DNA of 64,000 nt from Azolla caroliniana. Taxonomy: Eukaryota > Plantae > Polypodiophyta. Every line of letters starts with the position of its first letter. Positions within the stretch are counted from its first letter, which is position 1. The DNA lies in NCBI GenBank assembly GCA_043228905.1, contig JBHGNT010000009.1, positions 17,608,001-17,672,000 on the forward strand, given 5' to 3'. Shown here piece after piece: positions 13,466 through 26,931 of this stretch. Made by a program: the position numbers and the translations under genes. The notes below the pieces were generated by a model, which saw only the letters and a program-made list of their open reading frames with translations, did not search any database and was not told the origin of the DNA.

Positions 13466-14281
13466 ATGCCAAGAGGAGTAAAAGCGAATGATGATGTGAT
13501 TGAAAGCCCAAACAATCAAATGCATACTTTGTCAATGGAAAAGATCGCAACTATGTATATCTCATTGCAAGAGACAATGATGCATATGCAAAGCGAAATC
13601 TATGCTTGCAAGGAGAGGGAATTAACTCTTCAACATACACTGGAAATGCAAAAGTTAGAGATTAAAGCTTTGCATGAAGAACTACATGCAATGAAGAACA
13701 TGACTATTCAAATGCAAGATAATAGGATGCTTGAAATAGAAAGAAAAATGTTGAGTCTTGAAGCAGAAAAAAAGATTTTAGTGAAGGCAAATGCCGAAAT
13801 AAAATCTACAATTGAAGGGAAGGAAGATGTGATCATGACAAGGTGGAAAGATGTTCTCTTGAAAGAAACACCAAAAATCACGCAAAGAAATTCTAATACC
13901 ATGGATGTGCTAGATGCAAAGGAGCAATATGAAATTGAAAGAAGAAAGAATAATATTGTCATTAGAGGTATGCAAGAGAATGAAATAGAGAATGCATTAT
14001 CTCTTCGGCAAAATATTACGAAATCCTTTGAAGATCACTTTGCTATGCGAGATGTTATTGTATATGCCGCACATAGGGTTGGCAAAAAGCAACTAGAGGG
14101 AAAAACATCTCGAGCTATTGTTTGTACAATCCTTGATGAATGTAGAAGGGCAATGATTCTAGATAGTAGTAAGATGTACTTAAAAGGGACGCGTTTTTTT
14201 GTAACGGAGGATAGAACTCCACAAGAGCAAGAACCTAGAAGGCAAGCATATGCATCTCGGAAAGCAAATCAAAATGCATAG
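13466..14281 (+). CDS. LINE ORF1 protein (coiled coil plus RRM-like domain)
   Basis: Open frame; heptad-rich N half, then ERRKNNIVIRG..HRVGK..RAIV..FFVTEDRT, typical of L2/CR1/RTEX-type ORF1. Confidence 0.8.
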   Translation: MPRGVKANDDVIESPNNQMHTLSMEKIATMYISLQETMMHMQSEIYACKERELTLQHTLEMQKLEIKALHEELHAMKNMTIQMQDNRMLEIERKMLSLEAEKKILVKANAEIKSTIEGKEDVIMTRWKDVLLKETPKITQRNSNTMDVLDAKEQYEIERRKNNIVIRGMQENEIENALSLRQNITKSFEDHFAMRDVIVYAAHRVGKKQLEGKTSRAIVCTILDECRRAMILDSSKMYLKGTRFFVTEDRTPQEQEPRRQAYASRKANQNA

Positions 14282-14317
14282 CAAGCAATGACCTATGGGA
14301 CCATAAGTGCTTCATAA

Positions 14318-17300
14318 TTGAAAGTAATGTTTTGGAATTGTAGAGGATATCCATGGAATAAGGGTTTAGGACTCAATGATGTAGCTCAAGGTATGGATAT
14401 TATATTTTTGGCTGAAACATGGGAGCAAGAGGCAAAACGTATACCTAAAATAGACAGTTACCTCATAAAATTGATATGGCCTCACTCCAAAGGGAATATT
14501 GGGCGTGCTGGGATAGCATGTATCTACCATGAGAGCTTGGATAATTCTATCAAAGTATGCAAACATGATGACTATAAGAGATACATATGGATAGAGGTTA
14601 ATTTGGGGAAAGAGAAGTTGTATATAGTTGCATGTTACATTCCTCACAAAGACTCAAACTACTATAGTAGGTTTGGCTTAGACTGTGCTGATCCTTTTAT
14701 AGAATTATGCCATGATATACTTTCATTTGAGAAGCTTGGTAAAGTTTTAATTATGGGAGATTTCAATGCAAGAGTTGGAAATTTCCAAAATGTGGAGACA
14801 TTTGAAGAAAATGTAGTAGAACATTGTTTAGTGCATGACTCAGAGGATTGTGTCATGTTAGATTATAGAAAACTTTTGATACATATGTTAAATTGCACAA
14901 ACTTGATTATCCTAAATGGTTTAAAGGCATTCCCATTGACAAATGTGCTCACATGTTTACCATGCTCGGGTGGAGGAAGTGTGGTTGATTATGCATTAAT
15001 GTTGGCATGTGATTTGTCATTGGTGAATGTGTTTAAAGTTGGTTCTCTATCTCCAGACTCAGACCACAAGCCATTGTACTTAGAGCTTGCAATTCCACAT
15101 TCCACTAGATGCCGTGGAGTGAAAGACGAAAAGAGATGTATCATCCGGCCTTGCTACGAAAAAGTTAAGATGTATGCAAAGGAAGTGGAGAACCATTTGT
15201 TAAATTTTTCTCTAAGCAACGATGTTTAAGAAAATTGGCAACATTTGAAGGATATAATCCTTAAGGTTGGATATCAATGCTTTAAGAGACATGTGGGCGG
15301 GCATAAGGTGTGTAGTTTTCCATGTAATTCTTGGTTTGATGATGAATGTAAGATGTATCTCAAATGGTTTAAGTCCATCGAAGGGGGGAATGAAAAGATT
15401 GTTCCATGGCACATATACAAGAAAGTAGTGAGGAGAAAGAAAAGAAGATATTTCCAAATGCAAAAGATGAAAAAGAAAAACTTATTTAAGCTCAAACCAA
15501 AATTAGCATGGGGACAACTCAAGGGTAAGAAAGAAGATGTGAAAGGTCAATTTACAAATGAAGAGATGCTAGACTATTTACAAAAGTTATATATGCATGA
15601 AGGTGTGGGTCCTATGGTTGAGAAAATGGAAACTCCATGCACTACATGTATTGATATTGATGATGTCAATAAGGGAATAAAGAAGATGGCAAGTGGGAAA
15701 GCAACAGATTCAACCTACATCTCAAGTGAGCTTTTAAAATGGACAATGCCATACACTCGTCATTGGATAATGACAATTTTAGAGCAAGCTATAAAACAAG
15801 GATTTCCAAATGATTGGCTTATGAATTGGGTTAAACCAATATTTAAAGCCGGAGATAGGAATCAAGTATCAAATTATCGTATAATAATGGTGAGCTCAAC
15901 TATTGCTAAATTATATAGCACTATTATGGAGCAAAAGATAAGCACATGGGCTGAGAGTACAAGCAAAAGAGCACTTGGGCAAGCCGGATTTAGACCAAAA
16001 CACTCCACGGTGGATCATTTGGTCACATTAAGAGTAATCATGGAAGAGAGTCGACTACAAGGAAAAACACTTTATTGTTGTTTTGTTAATTTCAAGAAAG
16101 TTTTTGATACCGTACCATGAAGTGAGCTTTGGAATAGAATGGTAGACATTGACATGCCATTAGCGTACCGAGTTGTGGTTGCACGCCTATATAAACAAGT
16201 TAAATGCCAACTAAAAATTGATAGTGGATTCTCAAAGCACTTCTTAAGTAACATAGGGGTCAAGCAAGGGTGTCCACTATCACCCACACTCTTTGGCTTA
16301 TGTATTGATAAATTAGAAGTGGTGAATAAGGTTGCAAGAGAAGAAGGATTGAATGCCCCCAATTTGATGCAACATGTTATCTTATTGCTTCTATATGTAG
16401 ATGATGTGGTACTCTTCTCATATGATGTTGATAGTATGCAACATTTACTTGGGGTATTAGAAGAATTTTGCCATAGTAGTGGACTAGTAGTGAATGTGGA
16501 GAAAACAAAAATGATGGTAGTGCAAACCATCCAACCTCATCATTACCCTATGATCACATATAAAGGTGAACATATACAATTTATTCAAAGCTTTAAATAT
16601 CATGGTATTGATATACCCGCCACAAATAAATGGTCCAGTGCATGCTTTGATTCTAGACTCCAAGCCGATTGGAAATCATATTACCTTTTGGAGAACCAAT
16701 GCAACCAAAGTGATACTTGTGGATGGGAAGTAAAACTAATGTTGTTCAATGCCATGGTAACTCAAGTATTGCTTTATGGAGTAGAAGTATGGGGTGGCAC
16801 CATCTCTCTTCATGCATAGACCGAAATTGAGAAAATTCAAAATATGTTTTTAAGGAGGCAATTAGGAGTTAAATGAACTACCTCTTACCAGGTTATGCTC
16901 TTGGAAACGGGTGTTTGAACCATAGAACTATTGGCACTCCAAAGAGTATATAAATACATTACAAAAGTCAAGAATATGCCGAATCATCAATTACCACATC
17001 TTGCTTGGAATGTTGGATGTAAGCTACAAAAGAATCATAAAAGTAAGATTCTCTCATCTGGTTGGGTTGTTGACATAAGGAAATGGTTTAGAAGATGGGG
17101 TGTGGATGATCTTTTAGAGCTTTCGGGCAATGCTATGTAGTATGTAATGATTGAGGAAAGGTTGGTGGAATCATTAAGGATGAAGTGGGAGGATGCTAAG
17201 AGGACAAGGCTAGAATACTACATTGCAAATGTCAACCTTGAATGTTGGTCTCAATATAAAGCAAGAATGTCTATTGATCGTATCCAACCTTATCTCATTA

Positions 17301-17629
17301 CCAATATGAGTAGTAATGCTCGTAGAGCCCTTACACTACTTCACACTCGATCTCACAAGTCAGGTATTGAAGTTGCATCATGGTATCAAAATGTAACGAA
17401 TTTGAAGACATGTAAAGTATGCAATGAAGGCATGGTAGAGGATGAATGTCACTTGCTCTTCACATGCTCAACATATAGTGCAATTCGTTCAAGATATGTT
17501 GACATACTAAGAGGGAGTGATAACTTAACTTCCATACTTAAGACACCACCTAGAAGGTTGAGCTCATATGTGTATGCTTTGCTAACACATAGAGACTTTG
17601 TGCTTCAACGTATGAATACACCTTCTTAG
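14318..17629 (+). pseudogene. LINE ORF2 (AP endonuclease, reverse transcriptase, CCHC finger) with premature stops
   Basis: FWNCRG, LAETW, GDFNARVG, SDHKP; QAGFRP, GVKQGCPLSPTLF, LLYVDD; CKVC..EDECHLLFTC. Confidence 0.92.
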
Positions 17630-19403
17630 GAAGGAGACATATATCAAGAACACATGTATACTTTGGTTCCATAGGTCAAAATTGGCCTCTTTATGGATGA
17701 TAAAAATTCTAATTCTAATTCTAATCCATGTGCTATTAGTTAAGACGTTTGTCACCTACTAAGTATATTATTCTAATTTTCTCACGACCAAACTAATTAT
17801 ACTTCACCTTCTCTATCTGATTCCACCAAGAAATAAGAACCACTTACATAATCCACGAATCAAGAAACAAGAACCACTTACGTAATCCACTTTTTCTGCT
17901 CTATCAATTTGTAAAGTTGTCTCAAATATTATTTGAGGGAATAATGTGTTGCCACAACGTCATATGCACATGTTTGGATTAATGCATTGGCCGGGAATCG
18001 AACGTGTTTGCATTGTAGCAGGCTAGTATTCTACCACTAGACAACCAATGCGCACAACCTATTCTCAATTGTAGACCCATTGATCACACTAATGGTGTTC
18101 AACCTTGCACAACCTATTTACATTGTGAGTTGGGTCACAACTTGTGGGATGCAATTTCTATTCCTGAGATATAGTTCACATGTTTCGACCTGAGTATTGG
18201 ATGGGGGCAGAACCTGGTTATGTACTGTGGGAGGGATCTATTCTACCACTCAAGCACCAATGCATGTCCTATTAGATCAGATGTTTCTCACCTTCTAACA
18301 ATACTATTCTAACTTTTTGACGTCCAAACTACTTATCCTTCACCGTCTCCATCGGATTCCACTTAGAAATAAGAACCACTTACGTAATCCACTATATGTG
18401 GTCTCTCAATTGGTAAACTTGCATCAAATACTATTTGAGGGAATAACGTGTTGTGACAATGTAATATGCACACGTTTGGAAATGGCCAGGAATCAAACCT
18501 CGGTTGTACTGTGGCAATGTACTATTCTACCATTAGACCACTAATACACACAACACGTTCTCAATTGCATATTTTACCCATAGACCCATTGATCACTCTA
18601 ATGGTGTTAAACCATGCACAACCTGTTTACATCATGACTTGGGTCGCAACTTGTGGGATGTTCGTGAGATCTAGTTCACATGTTTCGATCGGTTCATTGG
18701 TCGAGGACAGAACCCAAGTCTTCCACTAAAGCACTAATGCATGTGGTATTACTTAAGACGTTTCTCACATACGGAGAATATTATTCTAACTTTTTTATGG
18801 CCAAACTAATTGGTAAAGTTGTCTCAAATACTACATGAGGGAATGACATGTTGCCACAAAGTAAAATATGCACATGTTTTGATTAATACATTGGCCGAGA
18901 ACCGAACCCGTATCCATAGTGTGGCAGGGTACTATTCTACCACTAGATCACCAAAGCACACAACATGTTCTCAATTGCATATTTTACCCATAGACCTATT
19001 CATCAATCTAATCTTTTTGAACTATGCACAACCTAATTACATTGTGAGTTGGGTCGTGGGTTGTGGTACAGAATTTCTTTTTGTAAGATATAGTTCAAAC
19101 ATTTGGATTGGTGCATTGGCCGGGGATGGAACCCATCTCCATAGAATGCAAGGGATCTATTCTTCCACGAAAGCAACAATGCATGTGGTATTAGTTAAGA
19201 CGTTTCTCACCTACGGAAAATATTATTTTAACTTTGTGACGTTCAAACCATTTATCCCTTACCTTCTCTATCTGATTCCACCAAGGAATAACAAGCACTT
19301 ATGTAATGCACTATATGTGGTCTCTTAAGTGGTAAAGTTGTCTCCACTACTATATGAGGGAATGACATGTTGCCACAAAGTGATATGCACATGTTTGGAT
19401 TAA

Positions 19404-19474
19404 TGCATTGGCCGAGAATCAAACCTGGGTCTGTATCGTGGCAGGGTACTATTTTACCACTAGACCACCAATGC
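19404..19474 (-). pseudogene. tRNA-Gly(GCC), best-preserved copy, probably a pseudogene
   Basis: GCATTGGTGGTCTAGTGGTAAAATAGTACCCTGCCACGATACAGACCCAGGTTTGATTCTCGGCCAATGCA; perfect 7-bp acceptor stem and GCC anticodon, but B box TTCG>TTTG. Confidence 0.85.
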
Positions 19475-19577
19475 ACAAAACATGGTCCTATTTACATCCT
19501 ATTTACATCATGCGTTCTGTCGCAGCTTGTGGGATGCAATTTCTTTTCGTGAGATATAGTTCACATGTTTGGATCGG

Positions 19578-19648
19578 TTCATTGGCCAACGACGGAACCT
19601 AGGTCTGTAGAATGGGAGGTATCTATTCTTCCACTAAAGCACCAATGC
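19578..19648 (-). pseudogene. tRNA-Gly(CCC)-like pseudogene
   Basis: GCATTGGTGCTTTAGTGGAAGAATAGATACCTCCCATTCTACAGACCTAGGTTCCGTCGTTGGCCAATGAA. Confidence 0.7.
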
Positions 19649-19840
19649 ATGTGGTATTAGTTAAGACGATTCTCACCTACGGGGAATATTATTCTAACTT
19701 TCTTATGGCCAAACCATTTTTCTTTTGATTTTCTCTATATGATTCCACCAAGAAATAACAACCACTTATGTAATCCACTATATGTGGTCTATCAATTGGT
19801 AAAGTTTTTCAAATACTAGTGGGAAACCTTTTAGTAACAC

Positions 19841-22066
19841 TTTTATTACTAGTGGGAAACCTCAATGTGAGGTGAAAACCCACAAAGAATAAAGAAAAAT
19901 ATACAAGTGTCGATTAGACACTAAAGAGCTTAAAAGCACTCAAAGTAAAGGTTGTAAATTTGGAGTGTGATGTCTCTATGTTCCAGATAATGAAATAGAG
20001 ATTGCCTAAGGGATTTCTTAAAGAAGGTAACTTCATGTAGTTGGTTTTGATCAAATACCTTATTATTGCAGGCTATCCAAATGGTCCAAAGTGCCCAAAA
20101 TCGCGTCCATTGGGGAAAATAGGCATTGTCGAATAGGGCGCATGGAATTTGTCCAAATATCCAAAACTGTTTACCAAACTTTCGGCCATGAAATTTGTGA
20201 TAAAGAGATGCACTTTGTCTTTGTACAAATGTTGTAGTGAATGAGCAAGTCCATAATAAGTGTGGGACTGTTGCCAATCGTCCACCACATCTTGCACAAT
20301 GCGGCGAGGCTATCGATCTCTTTTGAAGATTCGACCCAATCGGGAGCACACCCAATAAGCATCTCCATAGGAATACTTGTTGCTTAAATGGAGGACCAGA
20401 GCTCCATAAGCTTGCAAGCCTGTTATTCCACAAGGATTGCGTTTTGTGTAGTGCCATAATGCATTTGCATGTTCGTGAAACCATGGGACAGGTTGCAACA
20501 ACATATACACTGAATGTGTTGTAATGTTATGCATTGGAATAACAATGTTCCCTTTTTGTAACATCCAATCCTAAATCCTGCGATCTCCATTGAGAGGTGG
20601 CACAGGTACTAAGGAAAGCACCAACTCAGTGACTTGATTCCAGATAACGCGATGATGTGGTCCAAGATTATAACGACATGTTATGTCATTGAAGTGCAAT
20701 AAGTGACCTTGGTCATTTACCACATTTGCAATTGTTTTCAGCCCCTTCTTTGCTAAAAAATAAGCTTTCCTAGGCTCTTGTTCAGCTAATGATTGTGGGA
20801 ATATAGCACTCCAGTGTAAGCTTTCGACTGAATTCCTACCTCTCCATTTTATGTGGTGCAATACATCATTCCAGTGCTCTAGAATCTTTGAACTAAATAG
20901 ACAACCTTTGATGTGCCCGTCAAGCTTTCCAAACATTACATCCTAATGGTTAGTTTCACATGAGCTAAATGACTTAGTTTTCAAATGATCAAACATATCA
21001 GATAGCATTCTTGCCCAAGGCAATGTTTTTTCAGCAAATTTCGGCAAAAAAATCGCTTTTCTAGCCAACATATGCAAATGCAAATTAAGAAAATTTAGCC
21101 CTCCACTCAATCGTGGAGTGCATATCTTCTCTAGTGATAGAAGTCATATACCTCTATGCGACTGCTTAGAGCACCAAAAGTTTCTTATGATTTTTGAGTT
21201 AATCTTTTGTATCATGTGTTTCGGCCAATCAATCATAATTAAGTAATACTGCATTTAAGCCATGAATATAGATTGCACTATCCTCAATTTGACATGGAGT
21301 GGCCATGTTGCAATCTTCCAATAGCTTAGTTTTTGTCTCACTTTTTGCAGAACCCATTCAACCTTTCTTTTCCTTGTTGCATTCCATCCCAATGGATAGC
21401 CAAGAAGTCTAACCATTTCATTTGGGCTAACAACCTAACCTGGCCACAGAAGTTGATGCCAACTATATGGTGTCAAGGGTAGAAGTTTGGACTTGTTGAA
21501 CTTAGCATGCAATCCAGTAGCTAATCCATACAAGTTGAGGGCATCCATAATCACCCTCATATCATTTGGATTGTTTTGTGACAACAATGATGCATCATCT
21601 GCAAATGCCTGAGCCATGAAATCATGTTCGTCTTTCATTTGCAAACCATGAAGTTGACCAATTGATGCTAGATGATCCATGTACAATAGGAGTGGATGAG
21701 TTGCAATTGCATACAACAACGCACTTACAGGACAACCTTGTCGTACTAATTTGGCTAAGCTCCATGAATCTATCAATTCACCCTCAATAATGCATGAAGA
21801 TGTGCCAGACTCATAAAGCCAATAGATTACTTGAGACATTTTCGGACCAAATCCTAGTTTGACTATTGTGGCTGCCACAAAATCCCATTAGATGGTGTCA
21901 AAAGCCTTTTCAATGTCAATTTGCATGAGCAATACATCTTGTTTGGTGTATTTGGCATAGCAATATTATCTGTAATTTGCCTTCGGGGAATGAACCCGTT
22001 TTGGTTTACGTGTATGCATCCCAAAAAGGTGTCCTTAATACGCTTAGCAATTATCTTTGTAGTAAG
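19841..22066 (-). mobile_element. L1-clade LINE, 3' fragment (RT, zf-RVT, 3' end)
   Basis: VRQGCPVSALLY, AFADD, FLWRCLLGVLP..CARC..HLLWTC; AATAAAA at the 3' end. Confidence 0.88.
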
Positions 22067-25000
22067 TGTTAGGTGTAAAGGCCCGTAGTTCACAAATTAG
22101 GTAATTATTCATATATGTGAACACATTGTTCACCTGGATAGGACACCTCCTTTTGTAATGTGAACACATTGTTCACCTGGACAGGACACCTCCTTTTGTA
22201 ATGTGAACACACCTCTTTCTTTGTAGGGTTAACTAATATAATAACTTTTTTTTCTTGAGTACCAATCAAGGCGGTTGGGTACACCCAAAAATTTGTGTCT
22301 CTACTCTCATCTCTACTACAATCTTGTTTACTGAACGTCATCAATAAATAGCTCATCCCTCAAACATCCCTCTTTGCCTTTAACTAGTATCAGAGCCAAA
22401 TCTATTTCCTCTGCTTTGTTGTTTTGTTTTAGATTCAGAATCAACAGAAAACACAGTTTAAAAAAATAAAAATAAAATCTGCCAGACCCTTTCCTATTGG
22501 TATTTTGCTCAATTTTCTGAAGGCATCTATCATAAATCTTGGGAGCAATGGCCTCCACTTCAACTGAAATGAAAAACCTCTTTGAAATCAAGAGATTTGA
22601 TTGAAAAAGTTTCGAATTATGGAAAGAGCGTATGTTGGGCATCCTCTTTTTGAGAGATTGTGAAGATGCTCTCGTGGAAAAGAAACCAGAGAGCACGGGA
22701 AATGATGCTTGGAACACTCTGAATAAGAAAGCCATTACATATATTAAAATGGCTATTTCTGATGAAATTCTTGTAGATATAAAGGGCTTGATTACTGCCC
22801 ATCAAGTTTGGGAGAATCTTAAGACAACTTACGAGAATACTACTGCTGTGAATCAGGTGCATTTGATGAGAAAACTTGTCAGTACGAGGCTTGATGAGTC
22901 GAAAGGTGCAACAGAGCATCTATCGTTATTCACATGTACTCTCTCCCAACTACAAGATTCAGGATTACCAGCTTTTGATGACAAGCTCAAAGCTATCTTC
23001 CTACTTATGACTTTACCCGATTCGTGGGAAACATTAGTTGTTTCACTATCTAATAGCCCCACCTTGACCTTCGATGGTGTGCGGGGGGCTCTATTCTTAG
23101 TGAAGAGATTAGAAGACAATCTAGTGGAGAAGGTAGTGGTTCAGCATACAATATTAGGGGAAGATATGATAAGAGGAACCTAAATGTAGGACAAAGAAAT
23201 AGAAGTAAGAGTAGAGGGAAAGGAAAACAACAAGATATCACATGCTATTAGTGTGGCCGTAAATGTCATAAGAAACTTGATTGTAGATATTGGAAGATGG
23301 AACTAGAAAGGAAGAAGAATGTAGGAGAGAAGAAAAATAAAGATGATAAATTTAATACAACACAGAAAGCTAATATGGCTTCAAATGTTATCATTGAAGA
23401 CCTATCTGGTGAAGATGGTGATGTACTTTGTATTATAGGTGATGCCTTCATAGCTCATGTTCAAGACATGCAAATCACCAAAACAGATGTTATTGATGCT
23501 TTATTGTCAATCGATGATGGATTGACATAGACATGGATAGTAGACTCTAGGGCTTCTTTTCATGTTACTCCATGTTTGGAGTGCTTTCCACATTTGACAC
23601 AGGCAGTTATGGAAAAGTTTATCTTGGTAACAATAGTGCTTGCAATATTGATGGTATTGGAACCATACACTTGTCTTTAGATAATGGTAAAGAGCTCGTG
23701 CTCAAAGATGTTAGGTATGTACTTGGCATTAAGAAAAGTTTGCTATTTGTAGGACAGATGGATTTGCATGGTTACACCACATTATTCGGTGGTGGATTGT
23801 GGAAACTAAAGAAAGGAACTATGGTTATTGTGAAAGGTTGCAAAAAGGGCACTCTGTAATGTTTGCAATGTAAATTTTTACTTGAAAGTTTCTTGCTATT
23901 GCTGAATTTGACTCTCGTTTAGAGCTTTGGCATAAGAGATTAGGACATATGAGCCAAAAAGGACTTGAAATCCTTTCCGCTCTAAAAAGATTTGATGTTA
24001 AAGGATCAAAGTTGATTTTTTGTAATGATTGTCTATTTGGCAAACAAATGAGAAAATCTTATTATTCTGGTGTCTCTCGTAAACCAAATGTGCTAGATTT
24101 GGTGCATTCTGATGTATGTAGCATGCCTGTAAAATCCTTGGGTGGTGTTGCATATTTTATTTCCTTTATCGATGATTATTCTAGGAAGATTTGGGTGTAC
24201 TTCATGAAAAAGAAAGGTGATCCATTTAAATCTTTTCATGCATTTGTGACCACCCAAAAAGGGACAAAACTGAAATGTCTCAGAACAGATAATGGGGGTG
24301 AGTTTATATTTGCAGAATTTAAGTCCTACTATGACTTACATGGTATTAAAAGAGAGCTTACAACTCCATATAACCCTTCATCAAATGGGGTGGCAGAAAG
24401 ATATAATAGAACCTTGTGTGAGCGAGTACGGTGCATGCTGTCCACAGCTAATCTCCCTCATGAATTTTGGGGAGAAGCATTAAAAACCACGGTTCATATA
24501 TGTAATTGTTCTCCTAACAAGTCCTGGCAAACCAACCTCATATGACCATTTACGAATTTTCGGTGGTGATGCCTTTGTACACATTAGAAGTGAGCTGAGA
24601 AATAAGCTCGATGCTAAGTCCACCATGGGCATTTTTATGGGCTATGGTGATGAAGGTGAAATGGGCTATAGGATTGGTTACCTCAGTCCAGAAAAATTGT
24701 ACGCAGCCGGGATGTTGTTTTTAATGAAGAAAAATTGCTGAAAAATGCTTGTTCCTTTGTTGGGAACTCTACGAGCGTTACATTTCAGCAATTACAACCA
24801 TCCACAAAATCTGAAAATAAACCTCATGATGCTATATTAAAGGTTGAATATGATGATCGACTGGTTATCTTTGAGCTAGAAGAAGTTGGACAGCAAAGAG
24901 ATGCTCATGAAGTATTGGTCAACGAGATGAATGTACTTAAGAACAAAATATAGATGTCGAACAACATGCTGGACATGGTTTGCAATAGCCAGAAAGTGCT

Positions 25001-26931
25001 AAAACTGATTTTCCTCCAGATTTAGAACCAATCCCAGAAAATATTGATCATTGGGTACGTAGGTCTAATTGTTCAAGGAGGCAGGTATATAGATATGACC
25101 CCTCTTTGCATTATGTCATGCTGTCAGATGAGGGTGAACCTCTTACTTATAAGGAGGCAATGTCATGTGAACTTAGCAGTAAGTGGGAGCTTGCAATGCA
25201 AGAAGAAATAAAATCTTTGTATGCAAATGATACTTGGGATCTTGCGTCCTTACCCGAAGGAAGGAAAACTCTTCCAAATAAGTGGGTTTATAAGGTAAAG
25301 GAAATTGAAGGGAAACCAAAATACAAGGCAATATTAGTTGCCAAGGGTTATGCACAGAAGGAAGGTATTGACTTCCAAGAGGTCTTCTCTCCTGTTGTGA
25401 AGATGACCACACTTCGTGTGCTATTTGCTCTTACTGCAATGCTTAATTTGGATTTGTACCAAATGGATGTAAAGACCGTTTTTTTGCATGGTAATATTGA
25501 TGAAGAGATCTACATGAAACTACCTAAGGGTTTTGTAGTCCCTAACAAGGACATTTGGTATGCAAACTAAAACGTAGCTTGTATGGCCTAAAACAAGCAC
25601 CGTGACTGTGGTATAAGAAGTTTGATACTTTTATGCTTTCTCAAGGCTTTGATCATAGCTATGTAGATCATTGTTTATACACAAAAAAGGATATCGATGA
25701 CAGTCCCATCATACTTGTTCTATATGTGGATGATATGTTGCTAGTTGGGAAAAGAAAGACTAGTCTTGATGCTCTAAAAGATCAATTGAAATCAGTCATC
25801 TCTATGAAAGATTTGGGAAATGCAGAGCATATTTTGGTCATGAGAATTAGTAGAAACAGAAAGGACAATTTGTTGTATTTGTCACAAGAAAAGTACATTG
25901 AAAAAGTGCTTAATAGATTTAATATGGCAAAAGCAAAGTCTCTTAGAGTTCCTTTACCGCCATATCTTAAACTTAGCAAGGCTGATTCTCCAAAGGCTGA
26001 GATGGAAATCAATGCTATGAAGAGAATTCCTTATGCATCAGCATGTGGTTCTCTAATGTATGCTATGGTAGCTACTCGTCCAGATATTGCTTATGCAGTG
26101 GGAGTTGTCAGTCGCTATATGTCTAATCCCATCAAAGCACATTGGGAGGCTATCAAGTGTGTTTTCAGGTATCTTAAAGGTACACAGAAAAAATGTTTAT
26201 GCTATGGGAAGGGTGCATTAAGTTTGCAGGGATATTGTGATGCAGACATGGCAGGTGACCTGGATACATGTAAGTCTTGGTGCTCCATATTGCAAAAGAT
26301 TGTAGCACTGAGTACTACTGAAGTTGAATATATTTCAACTATAGAAGCTTCAAAGGAAGCTATATGGCTCAACAAACTTGCTGAAGATCTTGGCATGTAT
26401 GTTAGTACTCCTGTGTTAGGATGTGATAGCCAGAGTGCTATGTATCTGGCTAAGAATGCCATGTTTTATTCGCGCACTAAACACATGGATGTGCGACATC
26501 ACTTTATCAGACAAGTTTTGGAGGATGGTCTAGTCACATTGACCAAGATCAAAACACTGGATAATCTTGCAGATATTCGCACCAAAAGTCTTGGCAAAGC
26601 TCAACATGAGGATTGCATACAGTTAGTGGGAGTTACTTGAATGTTCACATCGGACCTTTAAGTGGTAGGTTGTTAGGTGTAAAGGCCCGTAGTTCACAAA
26701 TTAGGTAGTTATTCGTATATGTGAACACATTGTTCACCTTGACAGGACACCTCCTTTTGCAATGTGAACACACCTCTTTCTTTTTAGGGTTAACTAATAT
26801 AATAACCTTTTTTTCTTGTGTACCAATCAAGTCGGTTGGGTACACCCAAAAATCTGTGTCTCTACTCTCATCTCTACTACAGTCTTCTTTACTGAACGTC
26901 ATCAATCAATAGTTGCTCCTTCAAACATTCC
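22067..26931 (+). mobile_element. Ty1/Copia (Tnt1/Tork-like), near complete but degenerate, 3' LTR truncated; nested in L1
   Basis: LTRs at 22067-~22382 and 26671-~26931; degenerate Met-i PBS TAGTATCAGAGC at 22385; gag LLMTLPDSWE, INT LVHSDVC, RT LYVDDML, RH ALSTTEVEY..KHMDVRHHF. Confidence 0.92.

Larger units (their letters stand above)
13340..17725 (+). mobile_element. Near full-length non-LTR retrotransposon, RTEX-like
   Basis: ORF1 plus ORF2 (APE, RT, C-terminal CCHC); 3' tail of (TTCTAA)n at 17707-17725 instead of poly-A; satellite resumes in register on both sides. Confidence 0.82.
17726..19818 (-). repeat. tRNA-Gly-derived tandem satellite, segment 2 (~4 units)
   Basis: GCC-type copies at ~17983, ~18478, ~18886 and 19404; CCC-type at ~18193, ~18693 (partial), ~19111 and 19578. 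Confidence 0.9.

Noticed and set aside
19404-19474. Functional tRNA-Gly gene
   Set aside because: The B box/T loop and stems carry mutations; every copy inspected has lesions, so they are listed as pseudogenes.
22116-22210. 43-bp tandem duplication with a GTGAACA/TGTTCAC hairpin in the 5' LTR only
   Set aside because: Most simply a post-insertion slippage event; no sign of function.
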